NCBI GenBank assembly: GCA_030141605.1
Contig: JAQGDQ010000926.1
Location: forward strand, 1 to 64,000
DNA: 64,000 bases
Direction: 5' to 3'
Source of the DNA: Tubiluchus corallicola
Lineage: Eukaryota > Animalia > Priapulida
The stretch's first letter is position 1. Each line of letters begins with the position of its first letter. The notes beneath the pieces were generated by a model, which searched no databases, was not told where the DNA came from, and worked only from the letters and a program-made list of their open reading frames with translations. The translations under genes and the position numbers were made by a program. Of the stretch, positions 1 through 12,533 are shown piece by piece.

Positions 1-187
1 TTTATTGATTGTTACTCACGCCGGTGACATTTTTGCAGGTTGTAGTTGTAGTCAATTCGCTGCTCTATCTCATTGACTTTATATTAACTTTATTGACCTG
101 TTAATCTATTTTTATTACATGTATTCATTGCTGATATGTTACAGAGGAAAATAAACTTGATTTGACTTGACTTGAACTTGATTTGAC
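1..187 (+). mobile_element. Probable 3' end of a non-LTR retrotransposon (AATAAA plus CTTGA-type tail)
   Basis: AATAAA at about 150 is followed directly by a degenerate (CTTGA/TTTGA)n tail, typical of LINE/Penelope 3' termini. No coding remnant is visible. Confidence 0.4.
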
Positions 188-1141
188 GGCCTAAGTGATG
201 GGCTTTCCTAAGTGATAACGATGATAAATTTAGCAAAGCTTGTTGGAGTTATTCATTTCATCAGCGCTCCTGGTGGAGTCCTGGGAAATGAAAAATCGAG
301 AACATATTTTCAGTTTTCTATGTCCAATTTTTCTTGTAAGACATACCATCCTAAAACTGAAGAAAAATGCGACTTTGTAATACCCAGTGATGTATGCATA
401 GCGGACATGTAAGGGCGAATGGAAATCCTCGTTAGCATCTTCGAGAATTCGCAAACTCATTTTTAACGGTTGTCGAGTCCTTTGATATCCTTGGGGCTAT
501 GTATCTTTTAAAGCTTCAAAATTGATTTTTTTGATTAATGAAAGCTGAATATGTGTTCTGGATTCTGCTACTAATGCAATTTACTGTTTCGGGACGGTAA
601 ATCCAACTACTAAAAAGTTTAGCAACTTAAAAAATGAAATATATGTATAAATGAGATTGTCTTTATGAATATTTTGTGAACGTACATTTCTTGCTTAATC
701 CTTTTCCCTCGTAATAAGGATAAGTGATAAAAGCACAGATGCAGCCATTATTCTATTAACACTTTTCTGGATTGAAAGATACGCCAAAAACGCTTCTTCG
801 TACGTTACCATGACAACGAAAATAGTAAAAAAGTACTCACTATTTAAACATACCAACTGGCTTGGAATCTGGTCTGAAACTGTGTAGGTTCATTTTTTAC
901 TATTTAGCAAAAGTTAAACTTTATATAAGCTGTCGGAATGTTTGTAATTACTGTTAGAATTACTTTTGTAGGAAAACATATAGTAACTTTGTAGTTTGTT
1001 TGGTAAAAATTTTGTGGAAATGTGTGTCATTTGATGGCCCATTTCTGACTTTGAATGATGTACCCCTTATTTTTTTTTATTTTGTGTTTTAAAAATTTTT
1101 CTCCAACATTAACACACACTTTTTGAATAAAATAATACCTT

Positions 1142-1415
1142 AAAGCACAAGGAAACAGTCTTCATAAAGGATAGAAATTCGTCTTGAATTTTTTTTTGGG
1201 TTGCATGCTGTCTTACTGCATACAGAGCTTGCATTAACAGTAACACTATATAAAACTTGTAAATTTAAACTCACGCGATGACCGTTATAATGCGGCCATT
1301 TTGATGTTAGGGACTTTGAAACAAATTTAGTCAATATTGCGTAAAATTTGAAAAAAATCATCAGAGCATCCGTAACACGTCCTTCACTGACTAAGCAAAA
1401 ATGTAAATTACTTTG
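1142..1415 (+). repeat. Old dispersed repeat, copy 1 (others at 22531-22806 and about 35165-35262)
   Basis: Colinear similarity AAAGCACAAG...AAATTCGTCTTGAA...GTAAATTTAAAC...GATGACCGTTA...TAAATTACTT to 22531-22806. Confidence 0.7.
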
Positions 1416-2402
1416 TCTTGTCAGTAAGTTTGAAAATTCGTTTTTTTTGAGTTGGTGCACACTGGAAAGGTGAGTCAGTGTCATTTTACCAGTTATTGTG
1501 AACATTTAAATTACCAAGGACTTTCTTTTCTAATTTTTAGTTTGTAGGGTGGAATATAGAACATATACTCAACATGGTTTTCTATTTTTCTGGTTTATTT
1601 AATTCGACACTGCTGTTTGGAAATTGACTTCTCATATATTTTTAGTAGTTTCAGTGATCTACGATCAGAAATGCACAAACTAAACTGTAGTCCCAGTGCC
1701 CGTGCTTCTGGGCACATAACAAAGCTATTTATGAAATTTACGAAGGACCAAAACTAGAGTAACTATGTTGTCTATGTTGTGCATATGGCGGCCATGATGG
1801 GCAGCATATAATAAAATGATAAAATATGTCTGACTAGTTTAGAGTCACAGCTGATGGAGTTTTTTCCACGCAGAATGTTTACAGAGTTCAGACAAACAAT
1901 AATATTACTGGAAAAGAGAGTCAAAAGTACGAGTACTAGAATGTCTGGAATTCTCTACACGATCTAAGACCTGCATTTCTCTGCCCTGGGCATTTTGCTG
2001 TTTTTTTTCTCGTCTCGATTCTTTTTCGCCTATCGAACCTGTCTAATTTAACCTTTACTGTGAGTAGAAACGTCATGTACCAAGTTGTATGAGTTTGCAA
2101 AGGCGTTTTGAAAGAGCTAGAAATGACTTCTCTTCATTTTGAATTCAAGGGTAGTGTTGTTTGCTCATTTAGTTTATGTACAGTAAGACGTTATGCAGAG
2201 TGACTTCCATTGAAAGCAACTCTAGGTACGTTAATGGAATAAGTGGAACGAAATTTAATTAAGTCTAATGGCTGTTACTTAAAGCTTAAAGGAAGATACG
2301 ATGATTTTTCATATACTACCCCATTTTCAAGTCCGATAAAAAACTATACAGTTTAACACAATTAATAATTTTGATAATTAAATAATAGAGTGAAAATTTA
2401 GG

Positions 2403-2837
2403 ACAAATACCCACTATGGAACGAACTCTGTAATCAAACAAGCAATTCTACTTTGGAATTCTCTATCATTACAGGTTAAACAAATCAAGTCCCTATCAGC
2501 ATTTAAAACAAAATTAAAATCACTAATATTAACCAGATATGAAATACCATCACACCAGTACGACAGCATACACACTAATTCAGAATTTATATATCCACGG
2601 CCATATTAGTTAAACCATAGTTTTTTCATTTTTTGTGCATAGTTATAAATATGTTTGATTTTATTCGTCGTTACTTTCCATTACTGCACAGTAGTTTATA
2701 TTGCACTGACGCATTTGCCTTTAGCAGTGTAAGTTTTTATTAACTAACACTGATTGATCATCTCTGTAAAGTTTTTATCAGTGATTATCAATGTATTTTA
2801 ATGGCAAATAAAGATTATTATATATTATATATATATT
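2403..2837 (+). mobile_element. 5'-truncated LINE 3' end (CR1/L2/Jockey-group ORF2 C-terminus, 3' UTR and tail)
   Basis: From 2403 the sequence translates TNTHYGTNSVIKQAILLWNSLSLQVKQIKSLSAFKTKLKSLIL, the typical LWNSL...SL..FK..LK end of this ORF2 group. It ends with AATAAAG and an ATT/AT tail near 2807-2837. Confidence 0.7.
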
Positions 2838-3447
2838 AACGGCGGGCGAGCCCAGCTATTGATGCCATCACAAACTAACATAATTTTCAACAGCAAAAAT
2901 TTTCCATGAGCGTGTTGCAAGTGTTTGCGAGTACAACGCTACTGTATGATAGTCTGCGCAAGTTTTAAGATGAAAATTCAAATCTAAAGCTTGAGCTGTC
3001 GAACGTGTATAGTTCGTCACAAACTAACACATCTAAAGTGAGATGTACAGCACTGCTTTTTGTGCAATGAGTTTCCGAAATGCAGGCGCCAGTGCCCGTC
3101 TAACTAACGAACAGCAAAATGCACGTAACAGCGAAGAACTAGTGGCGCAAACGCGAAATTTCGTTTGTGTAATAAGAATTGTTTTACGTAAATCATTTTT
3201 TAAAACAGAATACGTTTCTTTTTAATATTTTAAAGAGTAGATTGTTTTGACCTACAGTTATAGATTGGGTTCAGTTTTGCTTAAGTGTTTATAGAACTGT
3301 AAAACGTCTATGTAGTGCTGCTTTCGTTAGAAGTATCTTTGCACAACATATTACTGTATACAATCAAACTGAGAAAGCAATGCTATACTTGAAATTAAAA
3401 TTAAGAGAAATTATTCCCCGGTACGTCACGACTTTGGAAACTCCTAC

Positions 3448-3567
3448 AACTACGGCCATATCACGTTGAAAACACCAGTTCTCCTCTGATCACCGAAGTT
3501 AAGCAACATAGAGCCTGGTTAGTACTTGGATGGGTGACCGCCTAGGAATACCAGGTGCTATAGGCTT
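3448..3567 (+). pseudogene. 5S rRNA-derived sequence (pseudogene or SINE3 head)
   Basis: 120 nt colinear with metazoan 5S rRNA (CTACGGCCATA...GATCACCGAAGTTAAGCAAC...TTAGTACTTGGATGGGTGACCGCC...GGAATACC...TAGGCTT). Box A and box C are recognisable. It has several transition-type substitutions and no oligo-T terminator. Confidence 0.9.
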
Positions 3568-3891
3568 GCGGGACGCCCACACTGTATCTCGACACTAGAC
3601 GGAGGAGCTGCACAAGCAGCCAACGGCTAGAGGGCGGAGCAGGTCAAGTGATACAACGGTCATGTGTAGAGGAGTAAACCTTCCAAATCAGGAGTGGAGC
3701 CCCGAAGGCGGACCAGTGCAGCATGCTCACTGACTCCGGCAGCTCCTGCAGCCAACCTGGTGCCAAACGTATCGCTCCGCTTTCCTTTGGACTACACCAG
3801 GGAGGAAGAGAGGGGGTTCCTGTTGTCTGGGCAACTCAGGATCTCCATACACCTTGCCCAGGCGTGCGCCCTGGAGACGTTCAAGGATCGC

Positions 3892-4212
3892 ACTGCTCAG
3901 CCACAGTCGACGCTGCAGCTCCATCAATGTGATCAATAACTGACTCTCTTGGCGCACACTCCATTGTCTTCCGAGACAGAAGGATGCCAACAAGATCCAC
4001 TACTGCTCAGCCACAGTCGACGCTGCAGCTCCATCAATGTGATCAATAACTGACTCTCTTGGCGCACACTCCATTGTCTTCCGAGACAGAAGGATGCCAC
4101 CAAGATCCACTACTGCTCAGCCACAGTCGACGCTGCAGCTCCATCAATGTGATCAATAACTGACTCTCTTGGCGCACACTCCATTGTCTTCCGAGACAGA
4201 AGGATGCCAACA
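3892..4212. repeat. Tandem repeat, 110-bp unit, about 3 copies
   Basis: ACTGCTCAGCCACAGTCGACG recurs at 3892, 4002 and 4112. Confidence 0.95.
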
Positions 4213-4679
4213 ACAGCTTAGAACTTGATTAAAACTGGTATATGCTTTTTCGGTAAAACGATTAGCTGTTTGAGAAAACAACCACCCCTTATTGGATACG
4301 CCCTTGCGAAATGAGCTGCTTCGAAGATCTTACTGTGCCAGAAATTTAAGATCTAAGAAGCCACTATAGTGGATGCTTGTTTAAGAATTTTTGACTACTG
4401 CTTTGAGTCCCATAGGCCATAGCTGAATCCCCAGTTACAGTCACATGAAGCATTATTATCTAGATTGTCGATTGCTGCTGATACAAGCTTGCATACTTGG
4501 CTTCTTTGCTACCCTACTTGGGTTACTTGTCCGCTACCACCTCGGCTGGCGCCCAGATGTCCTTGAAGGAAATCCCGCGAAGCCAGAGGCAGTTTACTAC
4601 TGGACGAGTCCACTGAACTTGTTTCTTGGCAAATGAATCACATTCCAAGCCAACAGCTAAGAGTGCAACAAATTCAATA

Positions 4680-5042
4680 GGGGATGGGGTACAGGGAAGA
4701 GGGGTGAAGTGACATGAGCCTGGGGATGTGGTGCGGGGGAGAGGGGTGAAGTGACACGAGGCTGGGGATGGAGTAGGGGAGAGAGGGGTGAAGTGACATG
4801 AGGCTTGGGGTGGAGTAGGGGGGAGAGGGGTGAAGTGACATGAGGCTGGGGATGGAGTAGGGGGAAGAGGGGTGAAGTGACATGAGCCCGGGGATGGAGT
4901 AGGGGGGAGAGGAGTGAAGTGACATGAGCCTGGGGATGGAGTAGGGGGGAGAGGGGTGAAGTGACATGAGCCTGGGGATGGAGTAGGGGGGAGAGGGGTG
5001 AAGTGACATGAGCCTGGGGATGTGGTACAGGGAAGAGGGGTG
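4680..5042. repeat. G-rich minisatellite, 42-bp unit, about 8.5 copies
   Basis: Unit GGGGATGGAGTAGGGGGGAGAGGGGTGAAGTGACATGAGCCT; explains the 14-aa periodic ORFs on the minus strand. Confidence 0.95.
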
Positions 5043-5692
5043 GAATTGCAGTGTTATCTGTGGGGCCTGTGTTTAGCAGCAAAAAAGTTTACAAACGATA
5101 CATGTGACATCGTTCACTTCTCGTAGTCATGGTCGATATTATCATGTATCGTTGTCGTCATCATCTCCAGCTTTGTCGTTGTCACCTATGTGATTCTTGA
5201 TCAGAATTGTCGTCTCCATAATTTCCATTGTTAATCTTCATCATCCTCATTATCATCATCATTAAACCCATTTACTCTTGATATTTTGTTTTTAATGTTA
5301 TTGTATCGTATTCGGTGTGGTGTGGGTCCTAAAAATATAATGATGTAAATACCTGGATGGCTTCTTAGACAGAATCTGGCACACATAGCTGAAAGCTGAA
5401 GATTCTAGCTCTTGCACTTTCTGAAAATCTGGCAAAGGTTTTTCATCTTTGTAAAACTGCTTTTTGTACTAAACCATACTAGGTGTCTACATTAGCATGA
5501 CAAAGACAACCAAAGCATCATTAGAACAGGATGTACATTCTTTCCGAAACCGTTTCTTCCAGAAACTGTTAGGCGCCCAAGTGATCTAATCTAATTCCAT
5601 TTGAATACTTATGCCCTATAGTGGAAAATACGTCTTAAATAAACAACTCCGTTTAAGACTGCATTGGATTGAACGTATAATGAGGCTGGTAT

Positions 5693-8600
5693 AAAAAGGC
5701 CCACTTCTTAAAGACAGAAAGCTTCAAAAGGAAAGTAAAGAAAGGCCCACTAGAAAGTAAAGAAAGGCCCACTTCCTAAAGAAAGAAAGCTTCTTAAAGA
5801 AAGTAAAGAAAGGCCCACTTCCTAAAGAAAGAAAGCTTCTTAAAGAAAGTAAAGAAAACTCCACTTCCTAAAGAAAGAAAGCTTCTTAAGGAAAGTAAAG
5901 AAAACTCCACTTCCTAAAGAAAGAAAGCTTCTTAAAGAAAGTAAAGAAAGGCCCACTTCCTAAAGAAAGAAAGCTTCTTAAAGAAAGTAAAGAAAACTCC
6001 ACTTCCTAAAGAAAGAAAGCTTCTTAAAGAAAGTAAAGAAAACTCCACTTCCTAAAGAAAGAAAGCTTCTTAAGGAAAGTAAAGAAAACTCCACTTCCTA
6101 AAGAAAGAAAGCTTCTTAAAGAAAGTAAAGAAAACTCCACTTCCTAAAGAAAGAAAGCTTCTTAAAGAAAGTAAAGAAAACTCCACTTCCTAAAGAAAGA
6201 AAGCTTCTTAAAGAAAGTAAAGAAAACTCCACTTCCTAAAGAAAGAAAGCTTCTTAAAGAAAGTAAAGAAAACTCCACTTCCTAAAGAAAGAAAGCTTCT
6301 TAAAGAAAGTAAAGAAAACTCCACTTCCTAAAGAAAGAAAGCTTCTTAAAGAAAGTAAAGAAAACTCCACTTCCTAAAGAAAGAAAGCTTCTTAAAGAAA
6401 GTAAAGAAAACTCCACTTCCTAAAGAAAGAAAGCTTCTTAAAGAAAGTAAAGAAAACTCCACTTCCTAAAGAAAGAAAGCTTCTTAAAGAAAGTAAAGAA
6501 AACTCCACTTCCTAAAGAAAGAAAGCTTCTTAAAGAAAGTAAAGAAAACTCCACTTCCTAAAGAAAGAAAGCTTCTTAAAGAAAGTAAAGAAAACTCCAC
6601 TTCCTAAAGAAAGAAAGCTTCTTAAAGAAAGTAAAGAAAACTCCACTTCCTAAAGAAAGAAAGCTTCTTAAAGAAAGTAAAGAAAACTCCACTTCCTAAA
6701 GAAAGAAAGCTTCTTAAGGAAAGTAAAGAAAACTCCACTTCCTAAAGAAAGAAAGCTTCTTAAAGAAAGTAAAGAAAACTCCACTTCCTAAAGAAAGAAA
6801 GCTTCTTAAGGAAAGTAAAGAAAACTCCACTTCCTAAAGAAAGATAGCTTCTTAAAGAAAGTAGAGAAAACTCCACTTCCTAAAGAAAGATAGCTTCTTA
6901 AAGAAAGTAGAGAAAACTCCACTTCCTAAAGAAAGATAGCTTCTTAAAGAAAGTAAAGAAAACTCCGCTTCCTAAAGAAAGAAAGCTTCTTACAGAAAGA
7001 CAAGTAAAGAAAGCTCCACTTCCTAAAGAAAGAAAGCTTCTTAAAGAAAGTAAAGAAAACTCCACTTCCTAAAGAAAGAAAGCTTCTTAAAGAAAGTAAA
7101 GAAAACTCCACTTCCTAAAGAAAGAAAGCTTCTTAAAGAAAGTAGAGAAAACTCCACTTCCTAAAGAAAGAAAGCTTCTTAAAGAAAGTAAAGAAAACTC
7201 CACTTCCTAAAAAAGAAAGCTTCTTAAGGAAAGTAAAGAAAACTCCACTTCCTAAAGAAAGAAAGCTTCTTAAAGAAAGTAAAGAAAACTCCACTTCCTA
7301 AAGAAAGAAAGCTTCTTAAAGAAAGTAAAGAAAACTCCACTTCCTAAAGAAAGAAAGCTTCTTAAGGAAAGTAAAGAAAACTCCACTTCCTAAAGAAAGA
7401 AAGCTTCTTAAAGAAAGTAAAGAAAACTCCACTTCCTAAAGAAAAAGTTTCTTAAAGAAAGTAAAGAAAACTGCACTTCCTAAAGAAAGAAAGCTTCTTA
7501 AAGAAAGTAAAGAAAACTCCACTTCCTAAAGAAAGAAAGCTTCTTAAGGAAAGTAAAGAAAACTCCACTTCCTAAAGAAAGAAAGCTTCTTAAAGAAAGT
7601 AAAGAAAACTCCACTTCCTAAAGAAAGATAGCTTCTTAAAGAAAGTAGAGAAAACTCCACTTCCTAAAGAAAGATAGCTTCTTAAAGAAAGTAAAGAAAA
7701 CTCCGCTTCCTAAAGAAAGAAAGCTTCTTAAAGAAAGACAAGTAAAGAAAGCTCCACTTCCTAAAGAAAGAAAGCTTCTTAAAGAAAGTAAAGAAAACTC
7801 CACTTCCTAAAGAAAGAAAGCTTCTTAAAGAAAGTAAAGAAAACTCCACTTCCTAAAGAAAGAAAGCTTCTTAAAGAAAGTAAAGAAAACTCCACTTCCT
7901 AAAGAAAGAAAGCTTCTTAAAGAAAGTAAAGAAAACTCCACTTCCTAAAAAAGAAAGCTTCTTAAGGAAAGTAAAGAAAACTCCACTTCCTAAAGAAAGA
8001 AAGCTTCTTAAAGAAAGTAAAGAAAACTCCACTTCCTAAAGAAAGAAAGCTTCTTAAAGAAAGTAAAGAAAACTCTACTTCCTAAAGAAAGAAAGCTTCT
8101 TAAAGAAAGTAAAGAAAACTCTACTTCCTAAAGAAAGAAAGCTTCTTAAAGAAAGTAAAGAAAACTCCACTTCCTAAAGAAAGATAGCTTCTTAAAGAAA
8201 GTAAAGAAAACTCCACTTCCTAAAGAAAGAAAGCTTCTTAAAGAAAGTAAAGAAAGCTCCACTTCCTAAAGAAAGAAAGCTTCTTAAAGAAAGTAAAGAA
8301 AACTCCACTTCCTAAAGAAAGAAAGCTTCTTAAAGAAAGTAAAGAAAACTCCACTTCCTAAAGAAAGAAAGCTTCTTAAAGAAAGTAAAGAAAACTCCAC
8401 TTCCTAAAGAAAGAAAGCTTCTTAAAGAAAGTAAAGAAAACTCCACTTCCTAAAAAAGAAAGCTTCTTAAGGAAAGTAAAGAAAACTCCACTTCCTAAAG
8501 AAAGAAAGCTTCTTAAAGAAAGTAAAGAAAACTCCACTTCCTAAAGAAAGAAAGCTTCTTAAAGAAAGTAAAGAAAACTCCACTTCCTAAAGAAAGAAAG

Positions 8601-10081
8601 CTTCTTAAAGAAAGTAAAGAAAACTCCACTTCCTAAAGAAAGAAAGCTTCTTAAAGAAAGTAAAGAAAACTCCACTTCCTAAAGAAAAAGCTTCTTAAAG
8701 AAAGTAAAGAAAACTCCACTTCCTAAAGAAAGAAAGCTTCTTAAAGAAAGTAAAGAAAACTCCACTTCCTAAAGAAAGAAAGCTTCTTAAGGAAAGTAAA
8801 GAAAACTCCACTTCCTAAAGAAAGAAAGCTTCTTAAAGAAAGTAAAGAAAACTCCACTTCCTAAAGAAAGAAAGCTTCTTAAAGAAAGTAAGAAAACTCC
8901 TTCCTAAAGAAAGAAAGCTTCTTAAAAAGTGAAAACTCCACTTCTAAAGAAAGAAAGCTTCTTAAGAAAGTAAAGAAAACTCCACTTCCTAAAGAAAGCT
9001 TCAAGAAAGAAAGTAAAGAAAGCTCCCTTCCTAAAGAAGAAGCTTCTTAAGAAAGTAAAAACTCCACTTCCTAAAGAAAAGCTTCTTAAAGAAAGTAAAG
9101 AAAACTCACTTCTAAAGAAGAAAGCTTCTTAAGAAAGTAAAGAAAACTCCACTTCCTAAAGAAGAAAGCTTCTTAAAGAAAGTAGAAAACTCACTTCCTA
9201 AAGAAAGCTTCTTAAGGAAAGTAAAGAAAACTCCACTTCCTAAAGAAAGAAAGCTTCTTAAAGAAAGTAAAGAAAACTCCACTTCCTAAAGAAAGAAAGC
9301 TTCTTAAAGAAAGTAAAGAAAACTCCACTTCCTAAAGAAAGAAAGCTTCTTAAAGAAAGTAAAGAAAGCTCCACTTCCTAAAGAAAGAAAGCTTCTTAAA
9401 GAAAGTAAAGAAAACTCCACTTCCTAAAGAAAGATAGCTTCTTAAGGAAAGTAAAGAAAACTGCACTTCCTAAAGAAAGAAAGCTTCTTAAAGAAAGTAA
9501 AGAAAACTCCACTTCCTAAAGAAAGAAAGCTTCTTAAAGAAAGTAAAGAAAACTGCACTTCCTAAAGAAAGAAAGCTTCTTAAGGAAAGTAAAGAAAACT
9601 CCACTTCCTAAAGAAAGAAAGCTTCTTAAAGAAAGTAAAGAAAACTGCACTTCCTAAAGAAAGAAAGCTTCTTAAGGAAAGTAAAGAAAACTCCACTTCC
9701 TAAAGAAAGAAAGCTTCTTAAAGAAAGTAAAGAAAACTCCACTTCCTAAAGAAAGAAAGCTTCTTAAGGAAAGTAAAGAAAACTCCACTTCCTAAAGAAA
9801 GAAAGCTTCTTAAAGAAAGTAAAGAAAACTCCACTTCCTAAAGAAAGATAGCTTCTTAAAGAAAGTAAAGAAAACTGCACTTCCTAAAGAAAGAAAGCTT
9901 CTTAAAGAAAGTAAAGAAAACTCCACTTCCTAAAGAAAGTAAAGAAAACTCCTTTTCATAAGGAAAGAAGCTTCTTAAAGAAAGTAAAGAAAGCTCCACT
10001 TCCTAAAGAAAGATAACTTCTTAAAGAAAGTAAAGAAAACTCCTTTTCATAAAGAAAGAAAGCTTCTTAAAGAAAGTAAAG
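5693..10081. repeat. Satellite array, 46-bp unit, about 95 copies
   Basis: Unit AAAGAAAGTAAAGAAAACTCCACTTCCTAAAGAAAGAAAGCTTCTT, period 46 (CTCC at 6181 and 6227), with one HindIII site in most units. Confidence 0.98.
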
Positions 10082-11696
10082 ATAGTGCAATCGGAAAATA
10101 AGACGTGGTGGCAGTGCTCTACAAGATGCCAATGCACTACGACATTGATTGATCATATTGTAAGAGTGGCTTTAAAGCTCATGGCTTCGTTGGTGTTCGT
10201 TATGCATGGATCCTGGTGACGGTGAATTACCATAATGTTATCATTTTACCCTGTTTTGTTTACAGTAAACAAAATATCGTATACTCGTTGTTTTGATAGC
10301 AAGCTTATGTAGTGGCGTCACGTACAGAGTCGTGGCTTCGGTTAGGTTAGAGTGGATGCCTAATAGTTTTAGGTAGCAACGGTTTCAGAAAGAAAGCACA
10401 CCCTTTTCTTGTTTTACTTTCATGTTTTGTTTTGTATTAGCTTAAGGAGGAGTTAATCTTATATACTTTTTGCTTTATAATGCAAAATCTGCAGTTGAGA
10501 ATCTTAATATAGACAATCTAAACAGGTTTAACATTTTTAACCTTAAAAGGTCCAAACGTCATGGAAAAAATATGAAAATTCCCCCGCGTTTGTTGAAATT
10601 TTAGTGCAGCTATGCGTGATGTTTTGTAATCACAGCATTTTAATTTGAGTCAATATGGCAAATGGCGACCAGAGTTCCCACAATGTTAAAATTACCAACT
10701 TTTATCACGTCAGAAAATCATTTACATTAAACATTTTGGTTGAAACAAGTTTTCGCACAATAAAAGCGAAACTCGAAACGTTTTAAAAGTTGTTGTAAAA
10801 CAGCCGCCGGGTAAGGAGCGCATAGTTTTTGAACTTGAAGTGCGGCCTCCCTGTATTGTGTAGTTTAAATAGAGATTTGTTGTGAACAATAGGAAGCATG
10901 ACCACAGCCTCTGTACTGGGATAATATAGCCAAGCAATTATATGCTCGTTTCTCTGTGTTGAAAGCGATATTGGCCTTGTGCATGCAATACTTACCCCCG
11001 TGCCTTGATGGCTCCAGAATTTTTATTTCTGGGATGTTTTTCCTGTTCAGGTGAAAGCATTTTGCTGTAGATCGTGGCACGAGTCACAACTAGGAGATCA
11101 CGTCACAGCAGAAAATCAACCAGCCTGGCCTGGGAGAAATTCTCCATTGTTTTCACTGACAATCAATGAAATCATCATATTATGAACAACAACATTGATC
11201 ATTGTTTGTGATAACAACAACAATGGTATCAACAGCAACAATAGGCGGGTCTGGGAAAGCTCGAGGGGTGTGGCAGCAGTCGTCCCAGGGCAAAATCAAT
11301 TCTACATTTTCAGGGTAAATAATTCAGTTCTTAAAATTTGAAACTGTAAGGCTTCATACTTCACAATTCACCACTGTGATGCATCATCTTTTTACTGGCT
11401 GCTATTTGAGCAGTTCTTCTACGGCAAATTGTTTTTTACCCTTTTAAAATTAGTAATTATAATAGCTGCTATGAAATTTGATTTATTAAAATCATGCACT
11501 TCGGTTATCTTGCACTTTTAAGTATACAAGTTTATCCATGTAGGTGTAGGCTTACACAGACGTGTTTGCAATGAAAAACTTCACCGTCACTTTTTTGAAT
11601 TTTTAAAACATTAGAAAAACCATTTGCATGGTTGCCCAGTAGTTTTTTTAGTAAGACACATAGAATTTCTCTATATTATATACCACTGTAACTTTA

Positions 11697-11800
11697 TGTG
11701 TACGTGTGTCTGTGTGTGTGTGCGTGCGTGCGTGCGTGTGTGTGTGCGTTTGTGTGTGTATGTGTGCATGCGTGCGTGCGTGCGTTTGTGCGTGTGTGTG
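11697..11800. repeat. (GT)n/(GTGC)n compound microsatellite
   Basis: Direct reading. Confidence 0.9.
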
Positions 11801-11989
11801 ATCAGGCCAGGGCAGCTTAGAAAAAGTTTAGGGTAAATTTCTTCAGTTTTCTCGAAATTGCCTATGGTAAATGAAACAGCAAGCTGGTGATTGTAGCAGC
11901 AGCAACCATAGTAATGTGGGTGGTAGCCGTAGGTACTGATAGTGCCCGCGATGATAGTAAATGTAATACTACTAAGTAGAACAACAGTA

Positions 11990-12533
<544 letters not shown>

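Larger units (their letters stand above)
3448..4215 (+). mobile_element. Candidate 5S-headed SINE with RTE-derived bipartite body and triplicated 3' end
   Basis: The 5S head runs into a GC-rich segment resembling RTE/BovB-clade 5' UTRs. 3881-3943 encodes SRIALLSHSRRCSS, like an RTE ORF C-terminus. The element ends ...CCATTGTCTTCCGAGACAGAAGGATGCC(AAC)n. No TSD found. Confidence 0.65.

Noticed and set aside
3448-3567. Functional 5S rRNA gene
   Set aside because: Single copy here, with multiple substitutions in paired regions and no oligo-T terminator. It runs directly into a retroelement-like body.
3694-3993. Three overlapping ORFs of 69-88 aa
   Set aside because: By-products of GC-rich, UTR-like sequence. 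Only the short SRIALLSHSRRC frame is informative.
4657-5082. Pro/Ser-rich repetitive ORFs on the minus strand
   Set aside because: Translation of a 42-bp minisatellite with no splice or homology support.
5693-10081. CRISPR array (also considered for the 28-68-bp arrays)
   Set aside because: Head-to-tail units without unique spacers, no cas genes, and a eukaryotic context.
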